Assembly: GCA_964016885.1 (NCBI GenBank)
Contig: OZ024742.1
Location: forward strand, 330,770,001 to 330,834,000
Direction: 5' to 3'
Length of the DNA stretch: 64,000 nt
Origin: Eledone cirrhosa
Taxonomy: Eukaryota
Shown: piece by piece, positions 28,387-42,538 of the stretch
Layout: each line of letters begins with the position of its first letter
How positions within the stretch are numbered: position 1 is the first letter of the stretch
Notes under the pieces: generated by a model
Told to the model about the DNA's origin: nothing
The model's database searches: none
Seen by the model: only the letters and a program-made list of their open reading frames with translations
Position numbers and translations under genes: made by a program

Positions 28387-28577
28387 CTTTTTTTGTTTAA
28401 TATAAGGAATTGTTTGTTCATTATTTGTTTAATATTTTATCTTGACTCTGTATACCGTTTATCTTTCACCGAAATTGGATTTTCATTACATCTCTTCTTT
28501 CCATGATATCCGGAATACATTGAGTTCTTCATACGGATTGGACACTACCGTAAACTCTTGGTAGATTTATCTACATA

Positions 28578-29364
<787 letters not shown>

Positions 29365-29711
29365 GCGTGTGTGTAGGCCTCTTTGTTTCAGTAATCAGTG
29401 TTGCTTGATCCTAGCAATCAAGCAACTGATGTGTAATCGAATATAAAAACCCTGCGTCATGCGGATCATAATATATTACATATATGGTGTCAGACGGAGT
29501 AACAAAGTAAAAAAAAGAAGAGTGACGATATCACATATTCGACTGCGAATTATTTCCTAGCTATGTACATTTCCAAGGCATCATAATACCATCATGTTAT
29601 AATTATCCAATGTGGTGTCGTCAGGCAGGTATTTCAATGTAAACATGTTTATTTATTTATTTATTTATATGTCTGCCATAATATCAATTCGGTCCCGAAA
29701 GTATATAATAT

Positions 29712-29828
29712 ATAATTGTTTCTACTTTTGGCACAAGGCCAGCAATTACCCAGTACATTACTAGTACATTATTTTATCGACCCCGTAAGGATGAAAAGCA
29801 AAGTTAACTTCGACGGGATTTGAACTCA
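29712..29828 (-). mobile_element. 5'-truncated SINE copy
   Basis: B-box to 3' end of the same family. Confidence 0.8.
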
Positions 29829-31681
29829 TATATAATATATAATGATGAGATGTTGCGCTGGCCATCTAGATGTAGAAAATTGGGAACTGATGTGGTGGTG
29901 GTGGTATTAGGTGAAGTTAGGTCAGTGGAGCAAAGGTGTCTGGCTGTTCACTCTGGCCTATAAAGCAAATAATTCTCACAATTTGATTTATATATATTTG
30001 TTATCACTATACTTTCATCAGTTAACTCAGAGAAGGGGACAACAATCGTGTTACCCGTTACTGTAACGTTGATGTCCGTAGGTCTTCAGTTAATGGTCAG
30101 TTATTTAATCAGTGATACATAGGGAATAGGGAGTGTACTTATGATTAATGTGTGAGTATGTCTCCGAGCGTGTGCGTGAGCTAAATCTTAATAGAGTGAA
30201 ATCCCATTTTTTGTACAAGCGCATACTTACACATGGTCACGTAGAAGTAATATACCGATATACATGCATATACACGTGAACATTCGATCACCCATTCACA
30301 GGTAGACACATGGAGATAGACAAACGACCCATACGGGCCCATGTACATATACAGGCACGTATACAGTATCTCGCACATATGGAGGGAGATGGATAGAAAA
30401 AGAAAGGTACAAAGAAACCTCACTATAATTAAAGACGAGTACCAAACTTTAGGTCCTCGGTGACATGGTTGTTCAGGGTTCCAGCCTGTAAGGTGGAAGT
30501 TTAATAGATATTAACTACGGAAACGTAGTATTAACATATGTCCGAGGAAATAGCAAAGGGAAAGAGCCAAGTACGCCGTAGGATATATTTACTGCTGCAT
30601 CTACACATTCATGTTTTCCCGATGAAGTGGAGGTGATTTTCAAAAGGTATAAGTTAATCAAAGAGCTTTAAGAAGGTTATTGATATTTTGTATATGCATG
30701 TGTGACCCATCCATATAATATTTACGGCTTCCATGTTGCATGAATCACTAGCTCTCGATGAAAATCCTCGTGCATATCTGTATGTAGTTCTAACAATGGA
30801 CCACGACAATCATTCTTGCATACTATCCTGCTTAAGTCTCCATATAAACTCCGGGAAATTTGATCTATTTTCTAATGATTTGCAACCGTTAATTTAGCGT
30901 ATTTTCTATTTTTTTTCAGACTATTTTGTTCAGTATATCATATCATTTATTACATTAATCCTTCTAGGCTTATCCTTATAATGTACGCAGGACAACACAA
31001 AGTACCACACAATTATAAAGAGCTGATCTGTTAATTTTGAAGTAATTCTACATATATTCATAATACCTAACTGCTGTTATTCCGTTTACATTTTTTTCTC
31101 TTCCTTCCTGCATTCAAGAATATTGTATTCCTTCATTCCTAGATACTGCTTCCAAATTTATTTTCCACATATTCGCCGATGTTTCTGTTTGTTTGTGTAT
31201 CTGTCCTCAATCTAAAAGTTTGTCAATTCTATATGTCCATAATATTAGCTAATATATAATTATATATGGAATAATTTATTTAGTTATTCATTAATTAATT
31301 AATTTATTTATAAACTCAAACACACACACATTACGCATACAAAGCACATTTAGTTCAAGATAAAACATGACAAACAAATTGACGAAATTAGACAATATAT
31401 TATACGAGGAGAAGGAATGCTTCATCGTCTTGGATCTTAATTCTCAGCAAGAACGAGACAATTTGGAGAAGGAGGTGAGTGCGAGGTACAAGACGAAGAG
31501 GTATAAGGATAGTTGACGTAGGCAGTTACGTAGTCCGGCATGCGTTATAGGTACCGTAATTGAGCGTCTTGGTCAATTGGATGTTATGATGTGGATGTGC
31601 AGATGGTGTGCATTGTGAGCATGTGCGTAGTGTTGATCTTATTTTTTCTTCGTTTGTGTTCATGTGTGTGCGTATGAGTTC

Positions 31682-31738
<57 letters not shown>

Positions 31739-31741
<3 letters not shown>

Positions 31742-32398
31742 CGATTCTGAATTTGTTTAGCAAGATTCTTTATCTGAAAACGTGTGTTGAAACCGATATT
31801 TTTATACTTTGGGAGGGTCATGTTGCCGATAAGAAACACACGCACCAGTAGCTTTCACTCCAATTTATTATAAATTAAAACATTTTTTTTTTTTAAATGT
31901 TTTCAAAGAAAATTTATAAATTTCCGGCTCGTTGGTTGGTTCCACAACCGGACGGTTGTTCATATATTGTCAAAGTTCTTTGGTAACACATTATGTGACC
32001 TCTTCAGTGACTGAGGATTTTTTCTTTGTTTTGTGCCTCCCGTTTGTTCTGTCCTACGCCATCTTGTTTTTGTGTATGCTGTGTGGTTAGTTTGCGCATG
32101 TGTTACATTTGGGTGTCGGTGTGTGTTTTTATGTGTTTATTTATTTGTTTATTTACATGTTACTGGTTGGTTGTTTGTTCTGTGTGTGTGTGTTTCCATT
32201 TCGTCATGTAAGTTGAGATGTTGCTATTCCATTCATGTTTTATATTTAGTTTTGGTTGGAGTTCATTTATGTTTATTGCCTCGGTGATTTGTCTAAACAT
32301 TGCATATTTTATGTCTGTAGTCTGTAATTTATAATAAATTGCAGTGAAAGCAACTGGTGCGTGTGTTTCTTATTGGCAACGTGACCCTCCCAAAGCAT

Positions 32399-32406
<8 letters not shown>
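31739..32406. mobile_element. Short non-coding PLE derivative with ~80 bp inverted termini
   Basis: 31796-31877 is inverted relative to 32325-32406. The terminal motif TGACCCTCCCA(A)AGTATAA.AATATC.GTTTC.ACACACG is shared with the Neptune-like end at 50993-51031. Flanked by (TA)n. Confidence 0.75.
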
Positions 32407-32474
<68 letters not shown>

Positions 32475-34969
32475 TCACTATCAGTTTATTTCATTATATC
32501 ATACCATTTATGAACATTTCAAATGTGTCAGATTGTTTTTATCCAACAGTTATCTGAGGCGTTGCCGCCAGACCAGTGTTTAAATAGAAATAGAAATAAT
32601 GTTGGTGTTTCTTTTTTGCTTTTATATGGCTTCCAACTAAGAGGTGTTGATATTCCGTATGATTTACAAAAATTCAGATACTATGATGGTAGTATGTGCT
32701 GAATGTACTAAGTCAATGTCAGGCCATTCATTTATAGTAAATGTTTTCCTTTGGCGGCGTTAAGTCTATGGCGTATTATTATCTATTTCACCTATTGTAT
32801 TTGGGGAAGAGTGATATACTGAAGATAAAACGTACGGCTATTGCTATGAGTGTATATGCGAGCTAGTTCTAATATTCTAATGTTTGTGACCTGTTTTCTT
32901 TCATCCATTCTTTTTCCTCCTTCCTAGCTTCTCTTATTTCCTTCGAGTCAACTCAAATCGAGCCGCTGTTCTCTGTCCTTCAAAGTAATATTTTACCCAA
33001 CGTCGCTTCGACGGTACTTTGCTGATCTCACAGCCTCCATACACCGATGTTTTCCATTTTCCTGAGAATATATATATATATAGTGGGGTGCATTCTTATT
33101 TCCCGTCATAAGTATTGTATATATATATATATACAGAAGCATTTACATATGTAAGTGTGAATAACAAGTTATATACGAAATATAATTAACACTGACCATG
33201 TATCGAATTAGAGTAGTAATGTTACTAGATATGAAAACAAATGTTGTTGTCATTAATTTCAATGAAATTGTGTAGAATCCAATCGTATGCCAATAGCAGC
33301 TGTGCTATTTTACGAATATATGTGTGTGTATGTATGTATGGATGCATATACGTACTTGTGTATGTATCGATGTTTATGTATGAATTTAACTAATGTACAT
33401 ACATGCATATACAAATATATATAAATATATATACATTTGTGTCAGTATGTGTGTGCGTGTGCATGTGAGTGTGTGTATAAGTGTGTGTGTAATTACAATA
33501 TTATGTTGGACAACATTTTCTACTTGTTTTATCAAAGCTTTATTGACTTTTTAACACAAGGGACATTTTACATATCAAAACATTTACCTTTCTGTGTGTG
33601 TATGGGTGTGTTGGAAATATAGTATAACGACGCATTATGTGCAGAAACGTGTTCACCAACGTATACAGCTAAATTTTGCCAGATTTTAGACTTTATTTGA
33701 TACTTGTGCGGACATTATACAAGCAACAAAAATGCATCACTTATAGTAAGCTGCATATAATCAAGCACTCTTTTTTCTAACTTTTGCGAAGGCAAAGAAT
33801 GTTCTATCTAATTTGTCAGATACATATTGATTCCAAGATTTTCCCTTGTCAGCTTTGAATTCAGCAAAAGAATTATTCATAGGTAAGTGATTACCGGAAA
33901 GGTTTCTGTTAGGTATTGACCGAGAATAACTTCTAAGCATTTGAAAATAAATTGCTTTGAAATTATGCCAATTAAGTTGTACATTTCCCTTGCAAAGTAT
34001 TAAATGTGAATCAATGCTAGCGAATGTCATTAGGGCATGCCTATATCTGTCTATTAGGAAGTTTTTGTTAGAGGACAAAGAATCAGTAATCGAATTGAAT
34101 TGTACAGATGAATTAAAAAATAACCACAGCTCCAGTAGTAGTACCGAAGAGGTTCAAGTGACTTCAGTATAAAACGACCACGTAAGTTAGTAAGAACAAC
34201 ATTTGCGGGCTGATATTTGATTACCATTCATTCGTGTTGGAAAAAGTTGTAATTTTAGTTAGATCTGTATAATTTAAACATTTATTAATTTGTTTCCAAC
34301 TAAAATGTCCGAAATATCTAGGAAGAGGATTCAAGTATAGAATTAGCTACGAAGACACAACATGATTTATAATGTTTAACAATGCCGTTATTCTCCAACC
34401 TCTGCGAGTTCCTACTAAAAGTGTGCTATATATTTTCTAGACGGAAAAGTCTGCTACTGAAAGTATCGTGCATGGAGATGAGCTTTCCACCTTTTCTTGT
34501 ACATTTAATGGAATTCGCAAGATGATTGAGCGGAAGAATCTCATTTCCATCATTCAAATCCCGTTCTTGTGAAACGACGATTTTTACCCGCTTTAATATG
34601 TATGCGCTTATTTATATATGATCATTACCGTAAACCTTAAACATCATGCACATAGACCTATTTACTCTTACAGCCCAAGTGCCATCACATATTTTTCAAT
34701 TGCTTGGGGAATATTCCGTTTTAAGTAAAAGAACGTCCCCTCTGAATTTTTAAACAAAACTCAGTTCTCTTGTAATAACTCTTATGGAATCATAACAAGC
34801 TGGTAATTAATTCATGTAAGCGAGAGTGCTTTTTTTCCGCCTAATCGCACTGGATGTGCATTTACTATTACGAGTTTCAGAGCAGTAAAGACAAGTGGGA
34901 TGTACGGATTAGCGTCAGCCATGTCAGAATCCGAATTCTTGTGAAAGAGCCGACTCCGCTAAAAGCACC

Positions 34970-35170
34970 TAAAACACAGGCATTAAAATGACTGAACGTT
35001 TAAGGGCACAAGGCACGAAAAGCAGGCCAGAATTTGAAATAATATTACAAAGAACGGGAACAATATCACAACGCCTCATATGGAACGCTCTGATGATTAA
35101 GCTCTTTCTCAACGCCGATAATATTTTGTTTATCAATCCCGAAAAGATCAAAAACTATTTTAGCATTGGC
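34970..35170 (+). pseudogene. Possible ancient PLE GIY-YIG C-terminal remnant
   Basis: IILQRTGTISQRLIWNALMIK...IN resembles the IL...R.I.EAL.IK...IN tail of Penelope endonucleases. Confidence 0.35.
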
Positions 35171-35862
35171 GGACGCTGTAACTACGACTACCAATTATAT
35201 ATATCGATGAAATTATTCTTAATTGCATTTGACCTTCCAGTTGTAGATCTTGGCACGGTAGATTACAGTTATAATATGAAGACATGTAGAGATTGAAAGG
35301 TGTATTGTCATTTCAAAATTTCGTGTTGATTGGAGAATTCAGGTCACCTGCAAATAATATTATATATGCAATACTGTAATGGACAAATTAACAAATGTTG
35401 CCATTTGTATAATCACCGGGCAAATCACTGCATTCTATTTAGGAAGGAGAGATCAGACACGATACAATATTATTAAAATAATATATCAGGAATAATATAT
35501 AATTGCTGTCAGGCAACAACACAAGTCGAATTGATTATCATTGTATCCATTTACTCAATGATTATTTCAATCCTAGTTTAACTATTTATATACGCAACTA
35601 GTTGAGAGCTTCGATGGTTGGTAAAAATATAATTATTTATTCCTGGAGTGCATTCTCAAATAGAAAAAGGTATTGTGGCATCTCCCCTAGGATCATGTGA
35701 TGTAACGTGTACACTTATTCTAGACTACTGCTACAGTGCTTCAGTAGTATCCGAAGTAGCAAGGTCGTTTGAGAATGACGGAAAAGCTCCCGCTGAAGGC
35801 GATGCAACAGTCCAGGATTATCTAGGTAATTCATTAATTATATATAAAGGCATTTTTTATAT

Positions 35863-35982
35863 ATAATTGTTTCTACTTTTGGCACAAGGCTAGCAATTAT
35901 CCCAGTACTTTACTGGTACTTTCTTTTGTCGACCCTCTAAAGATGTAAGGCAAATTTAACCTATGTGGGCTTTGAAGTCAGA
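35863..35982 (-). mobile_element. Diverged 5'-truncated SINE copy
   Basis: ATAATTGTTTCTACTTTTGGCACAAGGC... matches the family 3' end. Confidence 0.7.
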
Positions 35983-36399
35983 ACGCATTGTTTATATATA
36001 ATGATTCGGCACACTAGAAAGCAAATTGTTCACGGTCCTTTTTTTTCTCACATCTGTTGTTGTTGCTGTTGTCGTTCTTCTTCTTCTTCTTCTTCTTCTT
36101 CTTTCGGTAGAACCCAATTATTTCGGCCGCTTGTATTCACTATCGCATTCTTTAGTTTATTACGTGAATTCAATACCATATGCAATGATTGGCACGAATA
36201 CCAATTTGAAGATAGTGAGTTTTGCTTTATACATACCTCTCTTCTTGATGACCGAATACATAAGTTGGCGCATGACTGCACCTAATCCTATAATTCCTTC
36301 ACTTAATTCTGCCTCACTGGAAGATCACTCACGTCATCTAAGCCTTCGTAAAGGCTTAACTGAGAGGAAGAATTTCTAGATCTTCGCGCATTACATACG

Positions 36400-36700
36400 A
36401 CATATCTTGCACCCATTAGGATTGATAACGTAAGTCAATCCTGTCCATGAAGACTATAAACAAGAAAGGTTCCACAGGTGCCAGTGTCTGACATCCACAT
36501 TGAATGATTTCGAAACATTTATCCGAATAGAGAGAGACACCACAGCAACATGAGTATCTCCATCGATTACATGTTCTTGCTGAATGTTCCACATGGCCCA
36601 TGGAACACTGTCATGTGTCTTTTCGACGTCTACGCAACAAGCATTCAATTAGTGACAACACTCTCTTGAAATCCTCTAAGACGCCACAATGTGAATATTT
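36400..36700 (-). pseudogene. RTE-type LINE RT remnant
   Basis: CVDVEKTHDSVP resembles FVDLEKAYDSVP; downstream LAPVEPFLFIVFMDRI. Confidence 0.6.
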
Positions 36701-37360
36701 GTTAGGGATTACTGTTCATCTTTGGGAGGCAGAGAGAATAATTTGCTGATCTAAACAGGGTCATAATTTCATCTTCTGAGGTACACGACGGGCATCTACG
36801 TCATATTTTATTTCTCATCTATCTATTGATGACGGATTAGTTTTAGAACAGTAAAGACAGACTTCCCTGCTTGATAAAGCGTTAAACTCTTGTATTCCTT
36901 AATGTAATGTGAGGTTTGCTTTCTTACTTTCTTTTGTTTCCACACTCATAAACACACACACTCACACACATGCACTCACACATGCACACACACACACCCA
37001 CACACACACACACGCACCCACAGAGTGCTCAACCCACAGAGTGCTCAAATTGATTAAAAAAATGAGGAAGTAAATTACCGCCAAAAAACAATACATGCGC
37101 ATGACAATGAAATCTGAAAGGAATTCAGGCCACGTGCTAAGAACTCAATTGGAAATTGAAAAAATATCTATGTGTGTACAACATTTGATGACACACACAG
37201 ATATTTTCTCGTGCAAAGTAACAGAATGAGATATAAGGAACAATCAATATTCATATGTAAAAAATAAACAAAGAAATGCTAACCTTATACCGGGAAATTT
37301 TTTCAAATCTGCTGCACCAAGAGTATATATAGTTATGTAATAAACAACATAACATAATTA

Positions 37361-37420
37361 TTTCATTTACCAGTGGTTGCTTGAAAGCAACCAATATTGC
37401 TTTCATTCATCAGAATGAAA
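37361..37420 (-). ncRNA. Hammerhead of the same family with GAAA mutated to GCAA (probably inactive)
   Basis: Minus strand: TTTCATT-CTGATGA-ATGAAAGCAA..TTGCTTTCAA-GCAA-CCACTG-GTA-AATGAAA. Confidence 0.65.
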
Positions 37421-37732
37421 AAAATCCGGGTGTCTTTATTGACAGTGGATTTGAAAAACAAAAATATAACAGATATGAAAGTGAGGCTGGAGAAAAAAAA
37501 AGGGGGGGGGGACTGGGAAGAATAATAAATAAGAATATATAACAACACACACGTATACACACACACACGCACACGCGCACACACGCTCACATATACACAC
37601 ATATATACATATATATATATACAGACATGTGTATATATATATGTATCCATACATAAAAACACCAGCACACATATATATTTGTATATATATATATAAATAT
37701 ATACATACTTATAAATATATGCACACACATAC

Positions 37733-37783
<51 letters not shown>

Positions 37784-37841
37784 CATACATATATATATAT
37801 ATATGCACACACATACATATACATATATATATATATATATA

Positions 37842-37885
<44 letters not shown>

Positions 37886-38339
37886 TATACATACACATAC
37901 ATATATACACACACACACACATACATACACACATATATACACACATGCATACGTACTCACATATAAAAGTATACATATGCACACACACAAGTAAGAATAA
38001 ATAATCATAATAGGCCGTCACATACAAATAAGCAAATAAAAAATAAAAATATTATTAAGTTTACAGCGACAAGAGACGGCAAAATTTAAAATAAAAATAA
38101 AAATAAGTATAATAATAATAATAATAATGATTTCATTTATCGGCCACAAGGGCCGACATATAGGTGACAATACAAAAGACTGGGATAGTGGGGTTTTACA
38201 GAAAAATCGAGTAAACAATATGAATAAACAAAGTAACAATAACAAAGTAACAAGAAAGTAACAAGAAAATTACAAGAAAAAATTCCCCAATAGGGGGGAT
38301 GACCACCTAGGGGTCGCTCAGGTGCCCCACCAGTGCTAT

Positions 38340-41300
38340 ACGACCCGACGCTTCGAGAGCACCCTGGAAGGGCACCCCTCTCCTCTTCAAATTTACCTAC
38401 ATACAGCCGCATGACCAGAGTAGGCCCACTCACACGGGCCATTCTCGCCACATTCACCCACCTATCAGCAAATGTACTGGGGGGGGGGGGGGGGGGCAGC
38501 ACTTCTCTCTCCACCCTCACCTTCCTTCCCAAGTGAAACTTGAAAAAGTTGATGCGGGATTGGCCGAAGAGAAAAGTGTCTGTCTTCAGTCCTTTCAACC
38601 TCGTCCACCATACAACCTCTTTCGCTACTGCCACCAGGCAGAGGAACATTGCCTGCCCTTCCTGGCCAAAAGAAGGCGGCGGGTCGATCTTCACTATGGA
38701 CTCGGCCAATAGCCGGATCCGTTCTACACGCGATAACAGCTGTTCAACATAACACCACAAGTCAGTAATGCACGGACACTGGACGAGTGCGTGCAGAACG
38801 GTTTCGTCGCTCTGCGCGCATCTCGGGCAGGTCTGTCTGACAGCACTTCCGTGTCTGTAGAGTTTATCTCGAACCTTGTACTGACCCCCGGTAGCACTGC
38901 CAAGCGAGGGATTTTTGGAAATTATCCATCGTCCCCGGCTCGAAAGTCCTCCGGTACAGACTGATTAGTTCGACTTCGTTGACTCCCAGAGCCTCTTCAA
39001 GTGCGCCGTCGCACTTGCCCACCACTAATCCTCTATAGAACTCGAGAGTGGAAGTTCCACTGACCGCATTGCCCGCCTGGTAGAGGGCAGTGAGTGCCTG
39101 GCAACATTTCAGATGCTAGTCACCCAGTCTCGGTCTCTTCTTGATCCAGGACTGCAACTCAGTCAAAGAAACGAGCTGCGGAAAGGCCTGTCTGACAAAC
39201 GTTGACCACACCTGTTCACCGTTTAGGCAGAATATCTGGAGATGCCGCAGCCTAAGCGCGTGCCTGCACATCATTAGCCACGGCAAGCCCAGCCCTCCAC
39301 GTAGAGGGTGCTGGCAGCAGATGGACCGCCTCACCAGCGGAACCTGACCCCTCCACAAAAATTTGATGAGGAGCCGCTGCAAGATGGCGAGGTGCGAACG
39401 GGGGCAAGGGACGACAGTCAGACGGTAGTAGATGACGGACGCGATGTACTTTTTCGCCACCTCCGCCCGACCTTTCAGTGATAGCTTCATCCCAGCCCAT
39501 TTCTGGGTGAGACTGACTACCCTGCCCATCACCTCGTCCCAATTCTTATCCACCTGGAGGTCCAGCCCGAACCAATCCCCTAGCAACTTTATCGGTCCGT
39601 CCGTCCAGCGTCTAACGACGCTGTTGGACGGCATGGACTTGCCGCTCCAGGTGCCGAGTTGCAAGCCCACTGACTTTTCCGGGTTAAGTTTTGCTCCCGT
39701 CAACCTTTCATATTCCTCCAATAAGTTGCCGACCACCTCGATTTCTGAGGTATCCGACACCATCACGGTGATGTCGTCCGCATAAGCCGACACAGCCTTT
39801 CCGCGTCCCGGTTCGAGCGGGATGCCCTGCAACAGCTCCAGCTTCCGCAGTAAAGGAGTCAATACGTACAGAAGGGAGGAGAGAGGGCACCCTTGACGGA
39901 CCGATCGGGAGACCTGAAACGGTTCCGAGAGGTGGCCATTAATTTTGACCATCTAGCAGGTGCTGCTGTGCATTGCAGCGATCCAGCTTCTGAAGACGGG
40001 ACGAAGCCAGCCGCCTTGAGGACATCCTCCAGGTACCGATGGTCGACCCTATCGAATGCTTTCGATTGATCTAAATTGATCAGAGCCCCACCGAAGCCAG
40101 GTTTACACCCGACCCTCTCTATGATGTATCGCATCAGGTGGAGGCTGTCGTGTATGGACCTGGTTGGGATTGCGCAAGTTTGCGCCTCCCCAACCAAATC
40201 CCCGACGACAAGCACCAACCTCTTCGCTAACACCCTGGCCAAAATCTTAAACTCTGTGTTGAGCAGAGTTATGGGCCTGAAATTGCCTAATGTGTCCCTC
40301 TTGTTCTCGTCTTTCCTTATCAGCGTCTCTACGCCCCGGCTCACAGAACTGGGAATACTCCGTGTTGCTGTCAGTTGCAGTAGAGCGCTTCGAGAAGATT
40401 GAGGAACAAGCCTGGCATATTTACGTAAAGCTCGTAGGGCAGACCATTCAAACAGGGTGACTTTCGCCTCATGCAGCCCACAAGGGCATCCTGAATCTCG
40501 GCTGAAGTAATTGGCCTTTAGCAGCGCCCTGCGTCACCCGTCGAAAGTTGCGTCAAGCCATCGAGGTAGGGATTGAAGTCTGCCACCATCTCTGACCCGC
40601 CACTTCCCCCGAAAAACCGAGCAAAATGTTGGCGAAAGGCCCCACACATCCTCTTGGAAACGCTCAGCTCGAGCCCGTCTCGGTCCGTCAAAGACCGAAT
40701 CGCGGTTTTATTACCACGCTGCGCCTCTGCCACCGACCCATCTAACAGCTTTGGTTCCCTCGTTTCTCAGAACACGCGCCTTAGCTCTGACAATGCAACG
40801 TTCGTGTTTTGCATTGAAGAAATGGTCTAATGCCATTCTCGCCGCTAGAACATCAGTTGCAATGTCACTACCAATAGCCTCGTCTAACTTATCTACCAAC
40901 TCTCCCTCCTTTCTATTTTTCTCTAATGCTACTTCTTTGCTAAACTCTATCGACATTACTCTAATCTCTCTTTTGAGAGCCCCCCACCATCTATTGTTGA
41001 CGACTCCCCCTGTCAACTTTTTCTTAACTAAATTGTTGACCTGGTCCCGTAAGCCTTACGTGCCGGAAATGACATCTTTAGCTTCCAGTAACCAGGTCCT
41101 AACCTACGCGTCTTATCTAGGTCGACCGTACAGATCACAAACTTGTGATCCGATAGGCGACCGTTTCAGAACGTGGACAGCTTACACTACTTCTGTCTAT
41201 TTTCCTAATGAATATCCTGCCAATATATGATCTAGATGACCCTATGCGGATAGCACAGGTCCACACTGGCGCATTAGGGAAATCTAGTCGTTACCTGTCA

Positions 41301-41824
41301 GACAGTTGGAACTGGCTGATCAGTTTCTTGAGGCTTTTGCACCCCCCGCTCCTATCGGATACTTCCACACAGTCCCAGCGTGTGTCTAAGATGCTGTCCC
41401 AGTCCCCTGCTAACAGTAAAGAGCGAGACGTACACAGAAAGGCTTCCAGGCGTCTAAAGAAGTCTGGCCGTCCTGCACCAGTAGGAGCATAGACGGCCAC
41501 CAGTCTAAAGGCACCACCTTCATTATTGTTCACGTCCAGGACAACCAACTTCCCGTCCGGGTCCCGGAAGATCGACCTTACCTCGAGATCCAGGCCTTTC
41601 CTAAACAGCACTGCCACCCCGCCTCCCATTCCCGGCTGGCTAACAGATGCAAAGATCTGATAGTCGTCGAAAATGGGGGCTAGTGTGTGCGTGTCGGAAA
41701 TCCTGGTCTCGCTGACTGCAATTACATCCATTTCTATAGACCTGAGGTCGTTGAGCAGGTGACCCTGCTTCCAGGACGATCCCAGGCCTCGAACATTTAA
41801 ACATGCTACTCTTAATACGGCCAC
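38340..41824 (-). pseudogene. LINE ORF2 (APE endonuclease + RT), multiple frameshifts
   Basis: Consecutive fragments 41291-41824, 40711-41016, 40518-40733, 39859-40344, 39116-39952 and 38137-38760. Confidence 0.88.
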
Positions 41825-42538
41825 GTTGGCAGGTTAAACAGAGAGAGAGGAAGGTTTACTTACCTTCCGGGCTCTTGTGAAGGTCGGGTTGTTCGACCTC
41901 CATAGTTAGTGGGGTTTCTTTTGGGAACACCTTTAAAAGTCTTGAAGTGGGTTTGATGTTCGGGGTTCCCACGTCCCGAGGAAAGCTGTCTCATATTTCT
42001 TTGAATATGTCGAGCGACATTCGCACCAGAACCAAATCTTCCGGCACGCGAAATGTGCTCGATTTAAAAATTTCCCCTCTATTTGTATATTTTCACTTCG
42101 TGCTACGAGGGCCATCAGTTCCTTGTCGGCCCTCCTGACGAGCACGAAGTTGTGTATGTTTTGTTGGTGTGATTGTATTTGTTTGCGTGGCTGTGGTGGT
42201 GATGGTTTTGGTGGTGTTGTTTCGGTTGTATCTGTGTTTGTTGTGAGTGCGGTGTCTGTGGTTTCAGATGTTTGTGTGTATATTTGTTCTGGTGTCTGTT
42301 TCGGTTGTTTGCGTTTGGGGGATTCTGGTGATTGTGATGGTGGTGTTGATGTTGGTGTTATTGGAGAGATGTTTGCGAGGGTGGTGTCTGCGTTTTTTAT
42401 TGTGGGTGCTTTTGTGCTTTGTTGAGTTTTTTTTTTCTTTTCGTGTTTCCTTTTTTGTATTTTGGGGGATTTGGGATTTCACCACTGGTAGATAAGGGCT
42501 ATGTGTCTGTAAGTGTGTTTGTATGTATGTTTAAGGTT

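Larger units (their letters stand above)
5423..28577. mobile_element. Young Naiad-like Penelope-like element insertion: ~2.8 tandem minus-strand units (period ~6.2 kb) joined to an inverted plus-strand copy
   Basis: Identical 820-aa ORF calls at 8903-11365 and 15114-17576 (offset 6211). The third copy is cut at ~22755 and the inverted copy runs 22754-28577. Both ends abut (TA)n/(TATG)n microsatellite. Confidence 0.95.

Noticed and set aside
33761-34078. Possible gag-like ORF
   Set aside because: No diagnostic motif, LTR or adjacent pol sequence visible.
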